DNA of 64,000 nt from Octopus sinensis (taxonomy: Eukaryota), in NCBI RefSeq assembly GCF_006345805.1, contig NC_042997.1, forward strand, positions 163,308,001 to 163,372,000, given 5' to 3'. The notes beneath the pieces are model-generated. The model was not told where the DNA came from. It worked only from the letters and a program-made list of their open reading frames with translations, and did no database searches. Of the stretch, positions 48,401 to 56,567 are shown one piece after another (the stretch's first letter is position 1; each line of letters opens with the position of its first letter). Made by a program: the position numbers and the translations under genes.

Positions 48401-49670
48401 TTGAATCTATAGGCCTCATCAAAAATATGCATACAAATCAGATTCAAGTGATTATTCTTAAAATGTGCAGAGAATTATACTGGAATAAAATTGGCAATAA
48501 ATTAAGAAGCTTAATTCATAAAATAAGAAAGCAAGCAAAATTAGAGAAGAATTAAAACCTGTTAACGAAATCTAACTCGATGACAAAGTTTGACAACATG
48601 GGCTTTCATTTTAAATTACGTATGTAATTGATACAAAAAGAACAGAAAGGAAATAATCAGGCTTGTACAATATCCAACGTGGGGACTGTGTCGAGAGTTT
48701 AGTTAACTATATGAATAGATGCACACACTTTAATATAAACGACTGTTTTGCTAAGTTAGTAAGCATAAAGAGAAATTCGTTCAGTGTTGTTTTGATATCC
48801 ATGGTCATACAAATTAAGTAGGAGTCTCTGGAAATTAAGTATGTTTCACAAGGGCAAATTTTTGGTTTTAATTAAATAAGTTTGTGAGCGTTAAGGAAGT
48901 GAGGATTTATTTGCTACACATTTTAGAAATTTGAAAAATTGCCTTTTTTTTTTTTGCTTTGAAAGCATTTTGCCGACACCGTCGATAGTTTTGTGAAGTA
49001 TAAATTTACAACAACCATACAAAAGTCTAAGAGGAAAAATTGCGTCCATAACTTTCAATAACAAATCAAATTTATAATTAACTCTAAATGAAACAAATTC
49101 TAAGAGGAATAAATTCTTGCCTCACCTTGCTTTATAAGCAGCATCAAAAGAATGGACACTAATTGGCTCAGAAAAACTCCTTAAAGTTTGTTGGATTTGA
49201 ATTTTAATGAAATTTGGTAAGGAAGGAAGTCGAAACTGTTTGCTGTTGTTTGGACGGAATCTGTTTGCAAAAGTTGGAGAAACTGGACTCCTTTTTTGAA
49301 TATAAGAAGAATGGCTAGGTGAGATGCTGTCAGATTGGAAATACCCGTTGGTCTTATAACTGTTATTACTAGCACGTGGTTTTTTGGTGACGGTTGTTTT
49401 TTGGCGTGCGACTAATTTTTCAATATGCTTTGTACTGTCGGCTGTGACATGTTTTAATACGGTCTGTCCATCAGCGGCCTTTACAACATCGACTACATCT
49501 GGCATATCTAAAAGAAAATCTTCCAAATCAAAATATCCAAGATCACGGAATTTGAGGGGTTCACCGATGATATCATAGTAATCCTTCAGAAAATTAAACA
49601 ACGGTACACCACTTTGAGATGAGATGAGCAAAGCTCGAATTTTTTTCTTAATATCTTCTTTCTCGGACAT
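432..49670 (-). CDS. TDRD5: Tudor domain-containing protein 5 (Tejas-like; 4 LOTUS + 1 extended Tudor), whole gene model with 26 coding exons
   Basis: Exons chained by hand; every junction is GT-AG (one possible GC-AG) with matching phase. Exon lengths sum to 3930 nt. LOTUS patterns and one eTudor (WHR...YFVDYGN) are recognisable. A single Tudor favours TDRD5 over TDRD7. Extra in-frame exons between 14953 and 20846 cannot be excluded. Confidence 0.88.
912..1030 (-). CDS. TDRD5: TDRD5 exon 25 (S/R/P-rich)
   Basis: actatttgcag|(G)RSHSPYHQSQSNHSGSPSSSRGLSPRDTRSTSRSPSSSP|GTAAAC; phase 1 to 0; in a different frame from the listed ORF 908-1120. Confidence 0.75.
3034..3081. repeat. Near-perfect 48-bp palindrome centred on CACGTG
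   Basis: AATTTTAGTAGATCATGTAT-C-CACGTG-A-ATACATGATCTACTAAAATT. Confidence 0.9.
3356..3501 (-). CDS. TDRD5: TDRD5 exon 24 (coiled coil)
   Basis: tttccttttcag|(R)QRILNRLMKDPNDYENCVKELEDVEDKLQKLNELLIKLSPTVENRDPP G|GTAACT; phase 2 to 1. Confidence 0.83.
4121..4250 (+). ncRNA. Minimal type I hammerhead ribozyme motif (Penelope-like element/retrozyme relic)
   Basis: CTGACGA 4124-4130; 12-bp stem II GGCCTATGGTTA/TAACCATAGGCT (4131-4142/4219-4230); GAAA 4231-4234; palindromic stem III ACAGCTGT 4234-4241; cleavage triplet GTA. Stem I is only 2 bp. Confidence 0.62.
4884..5203 (-). CDS. TDRD5: TDRD5 exon 23 (S/P-rich)
   Basis: tttattacag|NNIARSSLKKVSDNSTLNIVK...FHKQ AG|GTAAAC; phase 0 to 2. Confidence 0.8.
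5549..6030 (+). mobile_element. Tc1 transposon 5' fragment (TIR and paired-like HTH DNA-binding region)
   Basis: TA-GGGTTTGGACAAAATAATAGGAACACC TIR-like end. ORF 5722-6057 MTDLSDFQRGQIVGACMAG...GRKPKLSDRD is a typical Tc1 N-terminus. No DDE domain. Confidence 0.88.
6206..6308 (-). CDS. TDRD5: TDRD5 exon 22 (C-terminal domain, part 4)
   Basis: tatttttttcag|(D)VPLVLETFCHPSAELKAAVYKAIQEFEPDDNFWK|GTAGGT; phase 2 to 0. Confidence 0.85.
7016..7084 (-). CDS. TDRD5: TDRD5 exon 21 (C-terminal domain, part 3)
   Basis: tatccttttag|(K)INFSGLKSGDEHKDWLTLFRLE GA|GTAAGT; phase 2 to 2. Confidence 0.85.
9100..9179 (-). CDS. TDRD5: TDRD5 exon 20 (C-terminal domain, part 2)
   Basis: tttttcatttccag|LRRVNLGISKVIICEEDYEELFKELE AA|GTGAGT; phase 0 to 2. 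Confidence 0.85.
9528..9715 (+). mobile_element. Degenerate RTE-like LINE C-terminal fragment
   Basis: Reads approximately NEELRGRVDQ...LSWLGH...GHPKAP, resembling the RTE WxGH/RGRP C-terminal motifs. Confidence 0.45.
9802..10027 (-). mobile_element. tRNA-derived SINE (family with central GCCTTTCATCCTTTCGGGGTCGATAAA domain), full length with TSD
   Basis: 17-bp direct repeat CTGATGCAGGAGTACCT at 9785-9801 and 10028-10044; B-box-like GAGTTCAAATTCC. Confidence 0.88.
10121..10645 (+). mobile_element. CR1/L2-clade LINE 3' end
   Basis: ORF 10187-10513 YPERLTSLGMDTLKLRRLAADL...TRGH...RKHFFTLRVAEAWNKLP is a CR1-type ORF2 C-terminus; (ATT)n tail at 10623-10645. Confidence 0.92.
10807..10921 (-). CDS. 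TDRD5: TDRD5 exon 19 (C-terminal domain, part 1)
   Basis: catatttttag|(R)IELTPEIAIHLFNFNGTACISSCELSSFFWKIDIIRTM|GTATTT; phase 2 to 0. Confidence 0.82.
12677..12903 (-). CDS. TDRD5: TDRD5 exon 18
   Basis: tatcttctttcag|PSRTEPDNKLPPPINK...LKPFVQ AG|GTAAAT; phase 0 to 2. Confidence 0.8.
14169..14248 (-). CDS. TDRD5: TDRD5 exon 17
   Basis: cttcctacattttccag|(G)KMHSETTNINPGSLATGTCEDKINRE|GTGAGT; phase 1 to 0. Confidence 0.72.
14785..14953 (-). CDS. TDRD5: TDRD5 exon 16 (donor ambiguous: 14792, 14785 or 14776)
   Basis: ttagttatttcag|NRPKPEISGISEENIFSEITKD...; low-complexity linker with three candidate donors. Confidence 0.7.
15525..15741 (+). mobile_element. RTE LINE 3' end
   Basis: LLLWKPS...TLSYPDVISRDTG...MMDREVWR followed by a (GAT)n tail. 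A shorter matching tail lies at about 60550-60600. Confidence 0.8.
16660..16758. repeat. 31-bp minisatellite, about 3.2 copies
   Basis: Unit TGGTTAAAATATTGCTAAGATAATACAGGAT. Confidence 0.9.
18282..18419 (-). CDS. TDRD5: TDRD5 exon 15 (probable, possibly a cassette exon)
   Basis: acattttag|RCSLPEG...VYLQSLVAL|GTGAGT; open only in phase 0; 138 nt. No domain support. Confidence 0.62.
20846..20971 (-). CDS. TDRD5: TDRD5 exon 14 (end of extended Tudor)
   Basis: tttttgtttag|DRVMSVCLTDTSDNKIDIHINDVLVAEKYCIFYPDDNDPDTD|GTAAGG; phase 0 to 0. Confidence 0.92.
21629..21709 (-). CDS. TDRD5: TDRD5 exon 13
   Basis: atctctttag|EWSTKARNRMLSLCFNKPLIALVIQVK|GTATAT; phase 0 to 0. Confidence 0.9.
21859..22050 (+). 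mobile_element. tRNA-derived CORE-like SINE (abundant family)
   Basis: GCAGGAGTGGCTGTGTGGTAAG...GGTTCAGTCCCAC...GGCACCTTGAGCAAGTGTCTT. Further copies at about 7300-7460, 8690-8975, 31656-32005 and 46069-46470 (+), and 20150-20301, 32030-32188, 37925-38085 and 43010-44220 (-). Confidence 0.85.
22187..22256 (-). CDS. TDRD5: TDRD5 exon 12
   Basis: tcttttacag|(R)NHFLSLPMQAIEGRLANVKPIND|GTAAGT (eTudor FxxLPxQA motif); follows a 90-nt intron; phase 2 to 0. Confidence 0.93.
22347..22408 (-). CDS. TDRD5: TDRD5 exon 11 (Tudor core)
   Basis: ggttttcag|VYFVDYGNTCTVSRNSLRLL CG|GTATGT; phase 0 to 2. Confidence 0.94.
22839..23066. mobile_element. piggyBac-like MITE, family A
   Basis: TTAA-CCCTTTAG...CTAAAAGG-TTAA. 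Other copies at 2766-2992, 24458-24667, 35921-36146, 38985-39200, 44547-44932 and 61610-62130. Confidence 0.78.
23163..23310 (-). CDS. TDRD5: TDRD5 exon 10 (Tudor core)
   Basis: ttttttatag|(E)LLYYSSDADAYHVPDEFICVGLVAAAIYPEDQNWHRVYITKVPNVSFVE|GTAAGT; phase 2 to 0. Confidence 0.94.
24707..24909 (-). CDS. TDRD5: TDRD5 exon 9 (extended Tudor, N-terminal SN-like strands)
   Basis: gtttcag|NPPQSLAITSLPEDAVGPG...VEVFVSNIENPGHFWLKFRG...LENLMDEL GA|GTAAGT; phase 0 to 2. Confidence 0.93.
25866..25951 (-). CDS. TDRD5: TDRD5 exon 8
   Basis: cttttctatgacag|(A)CLTIKSAKKYNSKENQQPIQQLIPKHSV|GTATTA; bridges phase 1 to 0 as required; weak donor. Confidence 0.78.
26268..26327. repeat. 23-bp tandem repeat, about 2.6 copies
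   Basis: Unit TCAAATCTCAAGTCYATTTATAG. Confidence 0.88.
27163..27271 (-). CDS. TDRD5: TDRD5 exon 7 (LOTUS 4)
   Basis: ccttttatttcag|ATTGSEFQPSDVGYKSLESYILSLANNIIEISYSGN G|GTTAGT; phase 0 to 1. Confidence 0.88.
27766..27902 (-). CDS. TDRD5: TDRD5 exon 6 (LOTUS 4 start)
   Basis: ttttctcccctaatag|(N)QLHSLELNKNKLIKEREKEVRLSISKMMESFPNGLNLDCFMENYK|GTGAGA; phase 1 to 0. Not in the supplied ORF track. Confidence 0.88.
29237..29399 (-). CDS. TDRD5: TDRD5 exon 5 (LOTUS 3)
   Basis: ttttacag|KYHGSELDYRDMGFLSVIDLVSKLDAIHIVRPAGSGDWILYD...KLA A|GTAAGT; phase 0 to 1. Confidence 0.93.
29512..29568 (-). CDS. TDRD5: TDRD5 exon 4 (LOTUS 3 start)
   Basis: ttatctttcag|ILDCNPEGLYSSKLCSAYQ|GTAAGT; phase 0 to 0. 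Confidence 0.92.
30081..30232 (-). mobile_element. tRNA-headed SINE-like element with (AAT)n and a degenerate hammerhead core
   Basis: Minus strand: anticodon-like stem-loop GGG-CTACTAA-CCC, B-box GAGTTCGATTCC, (AAT)n, body, then CTGATGA-AGGGAT-GAAAC. Confidence 0.55.
30714..30847 (-). CDS. TDRD5: TDRD5 exon 3
   Basis: PolyT-caattag acceptor; (D)NKKYSPRR...NPEITSNIMK; donor AAG|GTATGT; phase 1 to 0. Confidence 0.88.
31140..31546 (+). mobile_element. SINE/retroposon with internal ~60-nt tandem units and an RTE-like (GAT)n tail
   Basis: Repeated GTGGCACGTAAAAAGCAC...GCCAGC units, then GGAAGGGCATCCAGCTGTAG...CAACCCATGCTAGCATGG...AACGATGATGATGA. Other copies at about 29866-30080, 32870-33083 and 39600-39840 (+), and 61722-62025 and 62743-62898 (-). 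Confidence 0.82.
32280..32588. mobile_element. Buster-type hAT MITE
   Basis: TIRs CAGGGGTTCTCAA/TTGAGAATCACTG; 8-bp flanks GCCTAAAG/ACCTAGAG fit the NNNTANNN pattern. A related partial inverted copy lies at about 33850-34188. Confidence 0.78.
35690..36830 (+). mobile_element. Degenerate Buster-family hAT transposon (transposase C-terminal part and right TIR)
   Basis: NTSIQSRDENILTSTDKL...WKNRAERGNFKMFP and DWVQNPF...LSVLMQFSTSCLCELGFSTLNNIKSKK...HVSH* (frameshifted). TIR TTTGGGAACCACTG ends at 36830, followed by TCCTAGAC. Interrupted by a piggyBac-like MITE. Confidence 0.85.
37370..37741 (+). mobile_element. Non-autonomous Helitron retaining a RepHel N-terminal fragment
   Basis: ORF has E/R-rich repeats and IGAMIIECIHCEARKWPG. 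3' end is the CCCGGGCAGCACTGGG hairpin plus CTAG (37738-37741) followed by T. 5' end not placed confidently. Confidence 0.75.
38767..38988. mobile_element. piggyBac-like MITE, family B
   Basis: TTAA-CCCTTTTGTTAC...GTAACGTAAGGG-TTAA. Other copies at 28330-28556, 39839-40033 and 54008-54235. Confidence 0.82.
40175..40625 (+). mobile_element. RTE LINE 3' end (BovB-like)
   Basis: HVVRMDEDSCVKKCHTLVVEGTCGRGRPRKTRDEVVKHDL...DRDLWKYAV. Confidence 0.85.
40908..41697 (-). mobile_element. 5'-truncated RTE LINE insertion with TSD
   Basis: GLQINAGKTKVI (RT), LRWFSHAARRPEGELIRD...GGQLKTW; ACAAGT-type tail; AAAACTAA duplicated at 40900-40907 and 41698-41705. Confidence 0.82.
42390..42790 (-). CDS. TDRD5: TDRD5 exon 2 (LOTUS 2 C-terminal half and linker)
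   Basis: Acceptor tcttttacag|G; (R)FGASLNYEKCGFCSLDAVLQAIPEMV...; donor G|GTAAGA; phase 2 to 1. Confidence 0.92.
44547..44882. repeat. 168-bp tandem duplication inside a piggyBac-like MITE
   Basis: Near-identical units at 44547-44714 and 44715-44882. Confidence 0.92.
46069..46470 (+). mobile_element. Full-length, little-diverged copy of the CORE-like SINE with a second 3' module
   Basis: Intact CpGs, internal (TA/TG)n, and a 3' module ending GAAACAAGTAAAAGAGTAAAGAG. Confidence 0.85.
49126..49670 (-). CDS. TDRD5: TDRD5 exon 1: start codon, eLOTUS domain 1 and start of LOTUS 2
   Basis: MSEKEDIKKKIRALLISSQSGVPLFNFLKDYYDIIGEPLKFRDLGYFDLEDFLLDMPDVV...STKHIEKLVARQK. AAAATG start context; donor AG|GTGAGG, phase 2. 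Confidence 0.95.
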
Positions 49671-49899
49671 TTTGGCTAATTAAAGTAGTTTTCAAACTTG
49701 AGTGAATATATGCAGAATACCAGTGCTTGCTTAAAAGCGATTCAGAAGAGATGCTGTTTTTTTCTTTTTCAGGAGAAATGTAAGTGGTGTCCAGGTTTTC
49801 AAATAAAAGACAATTATAAATTCTAAAAAAAAAAAAAAAAATGCAAAGAATAAGTCAATTAAATGGGCTGTAACAATTTAAGATCAATCATTAGTGAGC

Positions 49900-50130
49900 A
49901 AAGCGACACTACACAACATGACTACTACTGCCGTGTCTGACAATTAGAGATTATTTGACGTTAAAAAAGCTAAACTCTAGATTGTCACGTGTTCGTAAAC
50001 AACCCTGAGCTATGTGGGGTAGAAGCAGCGGCTGACCATCGGACACGCTACAAAGGAAAGAAAACGCTTTTTATCCTGGGAAAGCGTTTCAGTAGTTATA
50101 ATGCCATTCTGTACAGGTAGATTCTTCGTA
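49900..50130. promoter_or_regulatory. CpG-enriched putative TDRD5 promoter region
   Basis: Local rise in CpG against a CpG-poor background. GTCACGTG (E-box/USF-TFE type) at 49984-49991 and a 9-bp inverted repeat AAACGCTTT/AAAGCGTTT at 50062-50089. A strong minus-strand acceptor (T16-AG) at 49823-49824 suggests a non-coding upstream exon. Confidence 0.4.
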
Positions 50131-51039
50131 TACATGAGTTCTGTTTGTTTGCGTTAGGTTAAGTACTATTAGTTATGTTACAATTGTCAGTCACTCTTGT
50201 GAACTCATCCCATGTGGTAAATAATTTTTGACGCCGCAACCTAACCCACTGGAAGAGGAAAATAAGGATGAAAGAGAGAAGAGTAAATAGAGTTATCTAC
50301 CTTTAAGACCGGTAGGGAATAACCGCATACTAAATGTCATTCGACGACATATACGTGCATATGCATATATACACACATTAATACGTGTGTATGTATGTAT
50401 ATATATATGTGTGTGTTCTGTATTTATTATGGTTGTGGGAATTGCGCAAAAGAAGAGCGTTAGGTCGAATGCGTTGTCGCATATAGTTTCTTTCTACTTG
50501 GTGCCAAGTTCAAAAACCACCGGGTTAGACTCCTGTCTCTGTTTCTTCCTTGGTTGATAAACTAACTGCCGGTAATATGCTACAATCGATTGTGTCTACC
50601 GTGTCTCATTTCTTGCAAAGATTGGCTATATGCCTAGACAAAAGATATCAATATTACTTAGTATTTATAGGTAGATACGTGCTAAAACTAAGTGTGAGCA
50701 TTACGCTATTTCGATGAGCTCACATTTTGACACGACAAATGTAGGCGGTCAGTCTTATAATCAGACAGTGGTCCACTACCAAACGTCTACTCAATTTTTA
50801 TTTATTTGCTTTTTTAAATGAAATTTATGAGACTGCTGAACGTCGCTTGCGAACAGCCAAAGACCGAAATACAAATGAGTGTTATACTCGAAACTTTCAT
50901 CCCTTGAGCCATGTTTGTATAAATTCATGTTTTGAGTTCTAGTTCCCCTGTGTGTTCTACTTAATCTGTATTTATCTATATCGCCATACACACATATATC
51001 ATCATCGTTAAAATGATGATTATCTACCTCTCTCTCTCT

Positions 51040-51072
<33 letters not shown>

Positions 51073-51329
51073 ATTGTGATCGACCATATGGTGATGGGTA
51101 TGAATACAATCAACCTCCTAGGAGTTGTCATAATTAGTGAATATGGGGTTTGGTAGTGCGAAAGCACCATGAACTGTGATTTGCATCAGAAGAGTGGGGA
51201 GAGCCTTGAAGAGAAATGTGTTGCATACACCATCGTAAACAAGGATTTTCATGCAGTGTTCGACTGCCAGCAGTTACTAAGCTGAGTGGAGCTGGAAAGG
51301 AGAGCCTCCGCCCCCATGATGAGGAATAG

Positions 51330-53180
51330 GATTAGCTATTATCACCATACCTTGAAAGGAGTGCGTTTGAAAGAGTGGAAGAAGGTATTTTAATGCCTTG
51401 GGAGGAGGAAGTAAAGAGTAGAGTGCTGCCACTAACGGCAGTGGTGAATCCAATGAAAACAAGGTCAGGCTGGTACAGAACTTTCAAGAGCTGGATGACT
51501 ATGTATTGTGCCACATGGGTGGTGAGGTTACTGAGATCTGCGAGGAAACATTGTAAGAATGCATACATGATGAGGGCTTCCACAATCAATGACTTGAAGT
51601 TGACATATTTGCAGTTACATGTGGCTGAGAAATTTTGGAAGTAGCAGCTAGACTGGGTTTTGGACTAAATTCAGCACCAAAGATCATGGCAATGCTTCTC
51701 AAATCTATACTGGGAAAGGTGGACAAGGCCAAAACACTACCAATTCCTATGTTGGCACCATCTTTGTGGATAAGACATTCTGAACTGGGCACCAGTACGA
51801 ACAGATGACATCTATACTTCATGTGTGGGAGACTGGTGGATCACTATTCAATTGCAGGGTAGCTATATCAAGAGGCAAGCAGACAGGGTGAGCTGGGGGC
51901 ACAAAGTGGGGGAGACAACTGGTTATGATGAGGGAGATCCGAGAGAAGGTAAGATCAGAAGACCCAGTAAGAGGAAGCTGGCACATGCCCAAATTGAAGA
52001 ACAGGACCATATGGTGCAATGCTAGAAGCATAGCAATAGGGATCATTGAAGTGAAGGACACAGCCTGGTTCAGAAAAATGGGTGTTTGCAATCATATTAA
52101 CATGGCTGAATTGAACTCAGTGCTGAAGGAAGTGAATCTGGCTCTGAGATGAGGGTTGCATACCTTCGAGATTCAAACCAATTCAGCCACTGTACTTGGA
52201 GGGCTACAATTTATGTCCACCAATGAGAAGAGAGTATGAATAAAATAGGCAGCAGAGATGTTAATAAAATATCACCAAGGGATTCCTGGAGAGCTCGCTG
52301 CTGAATTCAGTTTGAAATAGAGCATGGTCATTGTGCCCTCAGAAAAGAATAAGGTGAATGTTGTAACTAGGGTGAAGAAAGCCTGGCTGGTAGAGGATTT
52401 GGAGTGGGAGATAGCTGCTGTGTGTCAACTAAGCAACTCAGAGCTAAGAAGACTGCATACCATGCACCACATGATAGTGGATAGGATCCAATACCTAGCC
52501 AGGAAAGTTAACTGCAACATTATTAGATAGAGTGTTCAAAAAGTGGTCAGGAGTCATGACAAGTGTCAGTCCATTGACTCTGCTTCAGGTGTGAACAAGA
52601 TGGGAAACGTCCCAGTGAAGCATAATTAGAATCAGTTGGCACTGGATGCGATGCACTACTGGCAGATGGTCAACTGCATACTGAGGCAGATGGTGATTTT
52701 GAGAGAAATCACGATGGAGACTGCAGCTGAAGTTACAGGAATCCAGAATGAGATATTCATAGAGTGTGACCCTGTGGATGAATTGCTGATGATCAATGGT
52801 AATGCATTTTGCTCAGAGGTGCTGAAGGAAATGCTTGATAAGTGGAATGCAAACTGCTTCTTCAGAGCAGCATATAGGCCAAGTGGAAATAGGATCACAG
52901 AGAGACACCATCACACACCCAAAGCCATGGTAAAGAGAGGACATATTTCACCAATTGAGGCAATGTCACCCCAGTCAGGGCAAGATGAGGAGTCAGTGTC
53001 ACACAGTGATATTCAGATATGAATGGCAACATCAATGTACATTATCACAGAGACCTGTGGAAGACAGGGACTCTGCCTTCATGTAGGAATGAAGTCTGGG
53101 TCATGCCCTCAAAATGTGTGCTGCATGTCTCAATAATGAAAAGAAATAGTAACAGCTGTTAATTCTTGAAACAACATATC
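51330..53180 (+). mobile_element. Degenerate Ty3/Gypsy pol (RT, RNase H region, integrase)
   Basis: EEGILMPWEEEVKSRVLPLTAVVNP (RT start), HHMIVDRIQYLARK...KCQSID (decayed HHCC), INGNAFCS...FRAAYRPSGNRITERHH (integrase core). Many stops and frameshifts; LTRs not identified. Confidence 0.85.
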
Positions 53181-53824
53181 TGTGGATGAAATACCACATC
53201 ATGTCTTGGATGTCTGCAGGATCATTGATTTTTTCAGAAGGAGAGGATGCGAGCAGAATTCCATATCTGTGGAGGTCACAGTGGGTGAGGCATTTGCCCA
53301 AAGGGATGGCAGATTTTGACACGGAGTGAGGCAATAAGGTGATCTGTGATATCCAAAGGGGCGTGTGGGGCTGAGGTGACAGAACTATAGGGTCGGTGAC
53401 ATCACATGAACAGTTGAGGAGCCTTGCTAGAAGGAAAGGAGCAAGGGGTCCATGTGAGCAGAAGGACAATTAGTGTGGGTCTCATTTGCTTTGGGGATGT
53501 CACTCAGGACAGACGTGGTGGCTGCATGAGTTCTGGGAATTTGCTATTAGGTTCTGACCAGAGATTAGGCAGATAGGGCTGCAATGGATATATCCCTGCT
53601 GGAAGGGATCAATATTATGAGAGGGCCTGCAAGTTAGATGAATTATGCTTTTTCCCCACCCACACCAAAATAGTAAAAGTAAGCTCTTCATTAGAAGAGT
53701 GTCATGAAATAATCACCGTAAGATCAAACTCCAAGGAGAAGTAGGTAGTGATAGAAATAAAGAAGATATTTGTTATTAGTGATGGAAGCAGTGTTAATTC
53801 AAAATTAGCTATCTGTATACACAC

Positions 53825-54011
53825 TTAAAGTGTGTATATGTTGAAAGCCTTACTAAACTGTGTTACTTACTTTGAGAAAGTATCTCTTTTAGACAGGTAG
53901 TGTTGAAAACAGAAAAAATATCTACAGCGGGTGAAGGTCATGTATATAAGAGATACTTTTTCATGATGAAAACTGCAGTTTAACAAGGCTTTCAACATAG
54001 ACACGCTTTAA
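53825..54011. mobile_element. TTAA-flanked MITE with AG...CT termini (Kolobok-like)
   Basis: TTAA-AGTGTGTATATGTTGAAAGCCTTACTAAACTG ... CAGTTTAACAAGGCTTTCAACATAGACACGCT-TTAA; imperfect TIR of about 33 bp. Confidence 0.6.
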
Positions 54012-54780
54012 CCCTTTTGTTACTGTATTTATTTTGAGATGCCCTGTGTTTCTTTCAATTACTTTAAGTATATCTAAGAATTTTGTAAAATAACTTTGTT
54101 ATCATTAAGCTAGTGTTAGGAACATAAATTGTGATTAAGGTTTGGGGGAAGATTTTAATTCAAAACTTATGAAAACAAGACATTTGTACTCAGAGCCAGA
54201 GCCGGTTTCAGCAGGGTTGGTAATGAAAGGGTTAAGTATGTATACAGATTGCTAAAAGTGAAGATGCTGCTCATACCTGAAAGATTTCTGAAGATCCCTG
54301 GCTTCCTCTACTTAGAAAGTAGGGAGTGCATTAGAATTATGATGGAAAACAGGAGAGCTAGGTGTTACTTATGCAGAAAGCTTTCTGTCCTCAAGCAAAG
54401 ATAACAAGAGAACCTTTGTAAATAACATCACCACATCAGCACTAACTCTGCAATAACAGAGCAACAACAACAGCAGAAGAAAACTAAATCATTGCCAGTT
54501 TGAATACTATATGACAGGTTTCTTATCCTACATTATGTCATCTCTTCTTAGCCAGGAGGGAAGAGTAGTGCCAATGACCATTTACAAGACCTTCAAGATG
54601 GATGTTAAGAAGGGAGAGGCGAAACTATCATCAAATTGGAGACTTGGTCCCAATGCTTGCAACAGAATGGTCTTCGTTAAAGGCAGCCAGAGATCAGGTG
54701 GTGCTGTTAAACCAGGTGACAGATTGGGTCTACCAGGAGAATTAAGTTGTTTAAGTAACTGCATAAAGGCTCCTTCATTG

Positions 54781-55003
54781 ACTGGCAGAACCATTAGCAC
54801 GCCGGGTGAAATGCGTAGCCGTATTTTGTTTGCCATTACATCCTGAGTTCAAATTCCACCGAGGTCGACTTTGCCTTTCATCCTTTCGGAGTCGATAAAT
54901 AAAGTACCAGTTTCGAACTGGGGTCGATGTAATTGACTTAATCCGTTTGTCTATCCTTGTTTGTCCCCTCTTTGTTTAGCCCCTTGTGGGCAGTAAAGAA
55001 ATA
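54781..55003 (+). mobile_element. tRNA-derived SINE (same family as 9802-10027)
   Basis: GGCAGAACCATTAGCACGCCGGG...GAGTTCAAATTCC...GCCTTTCATCCTTTCGGAGTCGATAAA...GTAAAGAAATA. Confidence 0.85.
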
Positions 55004-56567
55004 TATATCTAGTCCTTTAGCTGAGTACCCGTATGCCTTAGTGTTGTTCCATCAGAGAGAAAGGAAGGGAGAGACAGAATCAATGTTGAATAGGCAGAAA
55101 GCCAGTAAGAGATACAAACAGTTGTGACAAGCAAATGATAATGATTTTTATGTTTTGGAATCAAATGATCTTCATACATTTGGATATCCATTGGCACTCA
55201 ATGAATAATTAAATATATTAGTACATAAAAATGTCACTGTTTTTGTAATTTGTCCTAAGTTGAACACAACCTCTAACCTTGCTGACAATTAGTCAACTAA
55301 TTAGATTCATCTCTCTTCCTTCCTTTTCTGCCTTCTTCTTATTACCATTTATATTTACTATTCAATTTTCCTTCATTTAAGAAATAGCACTTTTATAAGC
55401 TACTCTAATTCATTCGATATCATTATTACTTTTGTTTGTTTGACAAGCCCAAGAAAATGTAGGATCATCATCATCACCAATGTCTGCTCTGCATGCTGGC
55501 ATACTTAGTCTACAATTCTCTGTAAGGAGCATAGAGCAGTGGGCATTTCGTGCCAGTGGATGTGATCTTGGGCTACCTCCTAGATATCAGGCCAAGGGAG
55601 ACCAATTGCTTTTACTTTGTCCTCCACACCTTCTGACATGGCTTGAATTATTCAACAGGATCTGATGTGTTGGAGGACTGAATTGTGCCCCAGTGTATAT
55701 TTTGGAATGGTTACTATAGCTGAATATCCTTCTTAATATCATTTGCTTTACAGTAGATGACATTAATGTCATTTACTTTTTTAATGTCATCTGCTTTCAT
55801 CATAGTATCTGCCATGCCTGATGTTGCCAAAATGGACATTGGTGCATGATGCAGTACTCTAACTATTGAATCATCTAAAGCACACTAGCATGGAGAGGAG
55901 ACCTTAAATGATGATGTTGATAATGATAGTGGAGGTGGTGATGATGGTGATGACGATGATGATGGTGATGATGACTGGTGCCATGATAAAAGCATCCAGA
56001 ACAGAACTGAAAGAGAAAAAGGAGAGAATACTTGTGTGTGATGATTTGAGACAAGGTGATGAGAGTGAGCTAAGTACGATGAAAGGAACAGACATATAGT
56101 TATGAAAGGGTGGTAGTAAGAGAGTTAGAAAGTAGGCATTATTGGGGAGGAATATGGAAAAGACAATGGAAAGGAAAGGGATTAGGGTTACTGGTCAATG
56201 AGAAAGAGAGGAATAGAGTGCTAAGGGGGATGAAGTTTGTAGGGTGGGTTCAAGGCCATACCATATTATAAGGGTATGGGTGGAAGACATAAAATGAAGA
56301 GAACATGAAAGAGAGAAAATACATGAAGGTGACAAGAGTCTAAAAAGAGTTGTTAAAGGAAGACAAATGTGGGAGTCATAAGGTAGACCAGAAGGGAAGA
56401 GATGAGAAAATGTTGGGATAGCTAAGAGCTTGTTTGGTGAGGACAGTGAAAAAGAAAATGGAGAGAGGGCGTGACAGCCAGCAGTAAGTGAGTTGAGAGA
56501 TATGAATCATAGGATGATGATTGAAGGAAATGGGGAGATGAATGGAGATGGGATGGTGAAGGCTGTC

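Noticed and set aside
432-49670. Calling the gene TDRD7/Tapas
   Set aside because: Only one extended Tudor domain is found, whereas TDRD7 carries three; LOTUS plus a single Tudor fits TDRD5.
51060-53700. LTRs, PBS or PPT for the Gypsy relic
   Set aside because: No matching direct repeats could be identified on both sides by eye.
55904-56099. M/V/I-rich ORFs
   Set aside because: (GAT)n/(GGT)n simple repeat.
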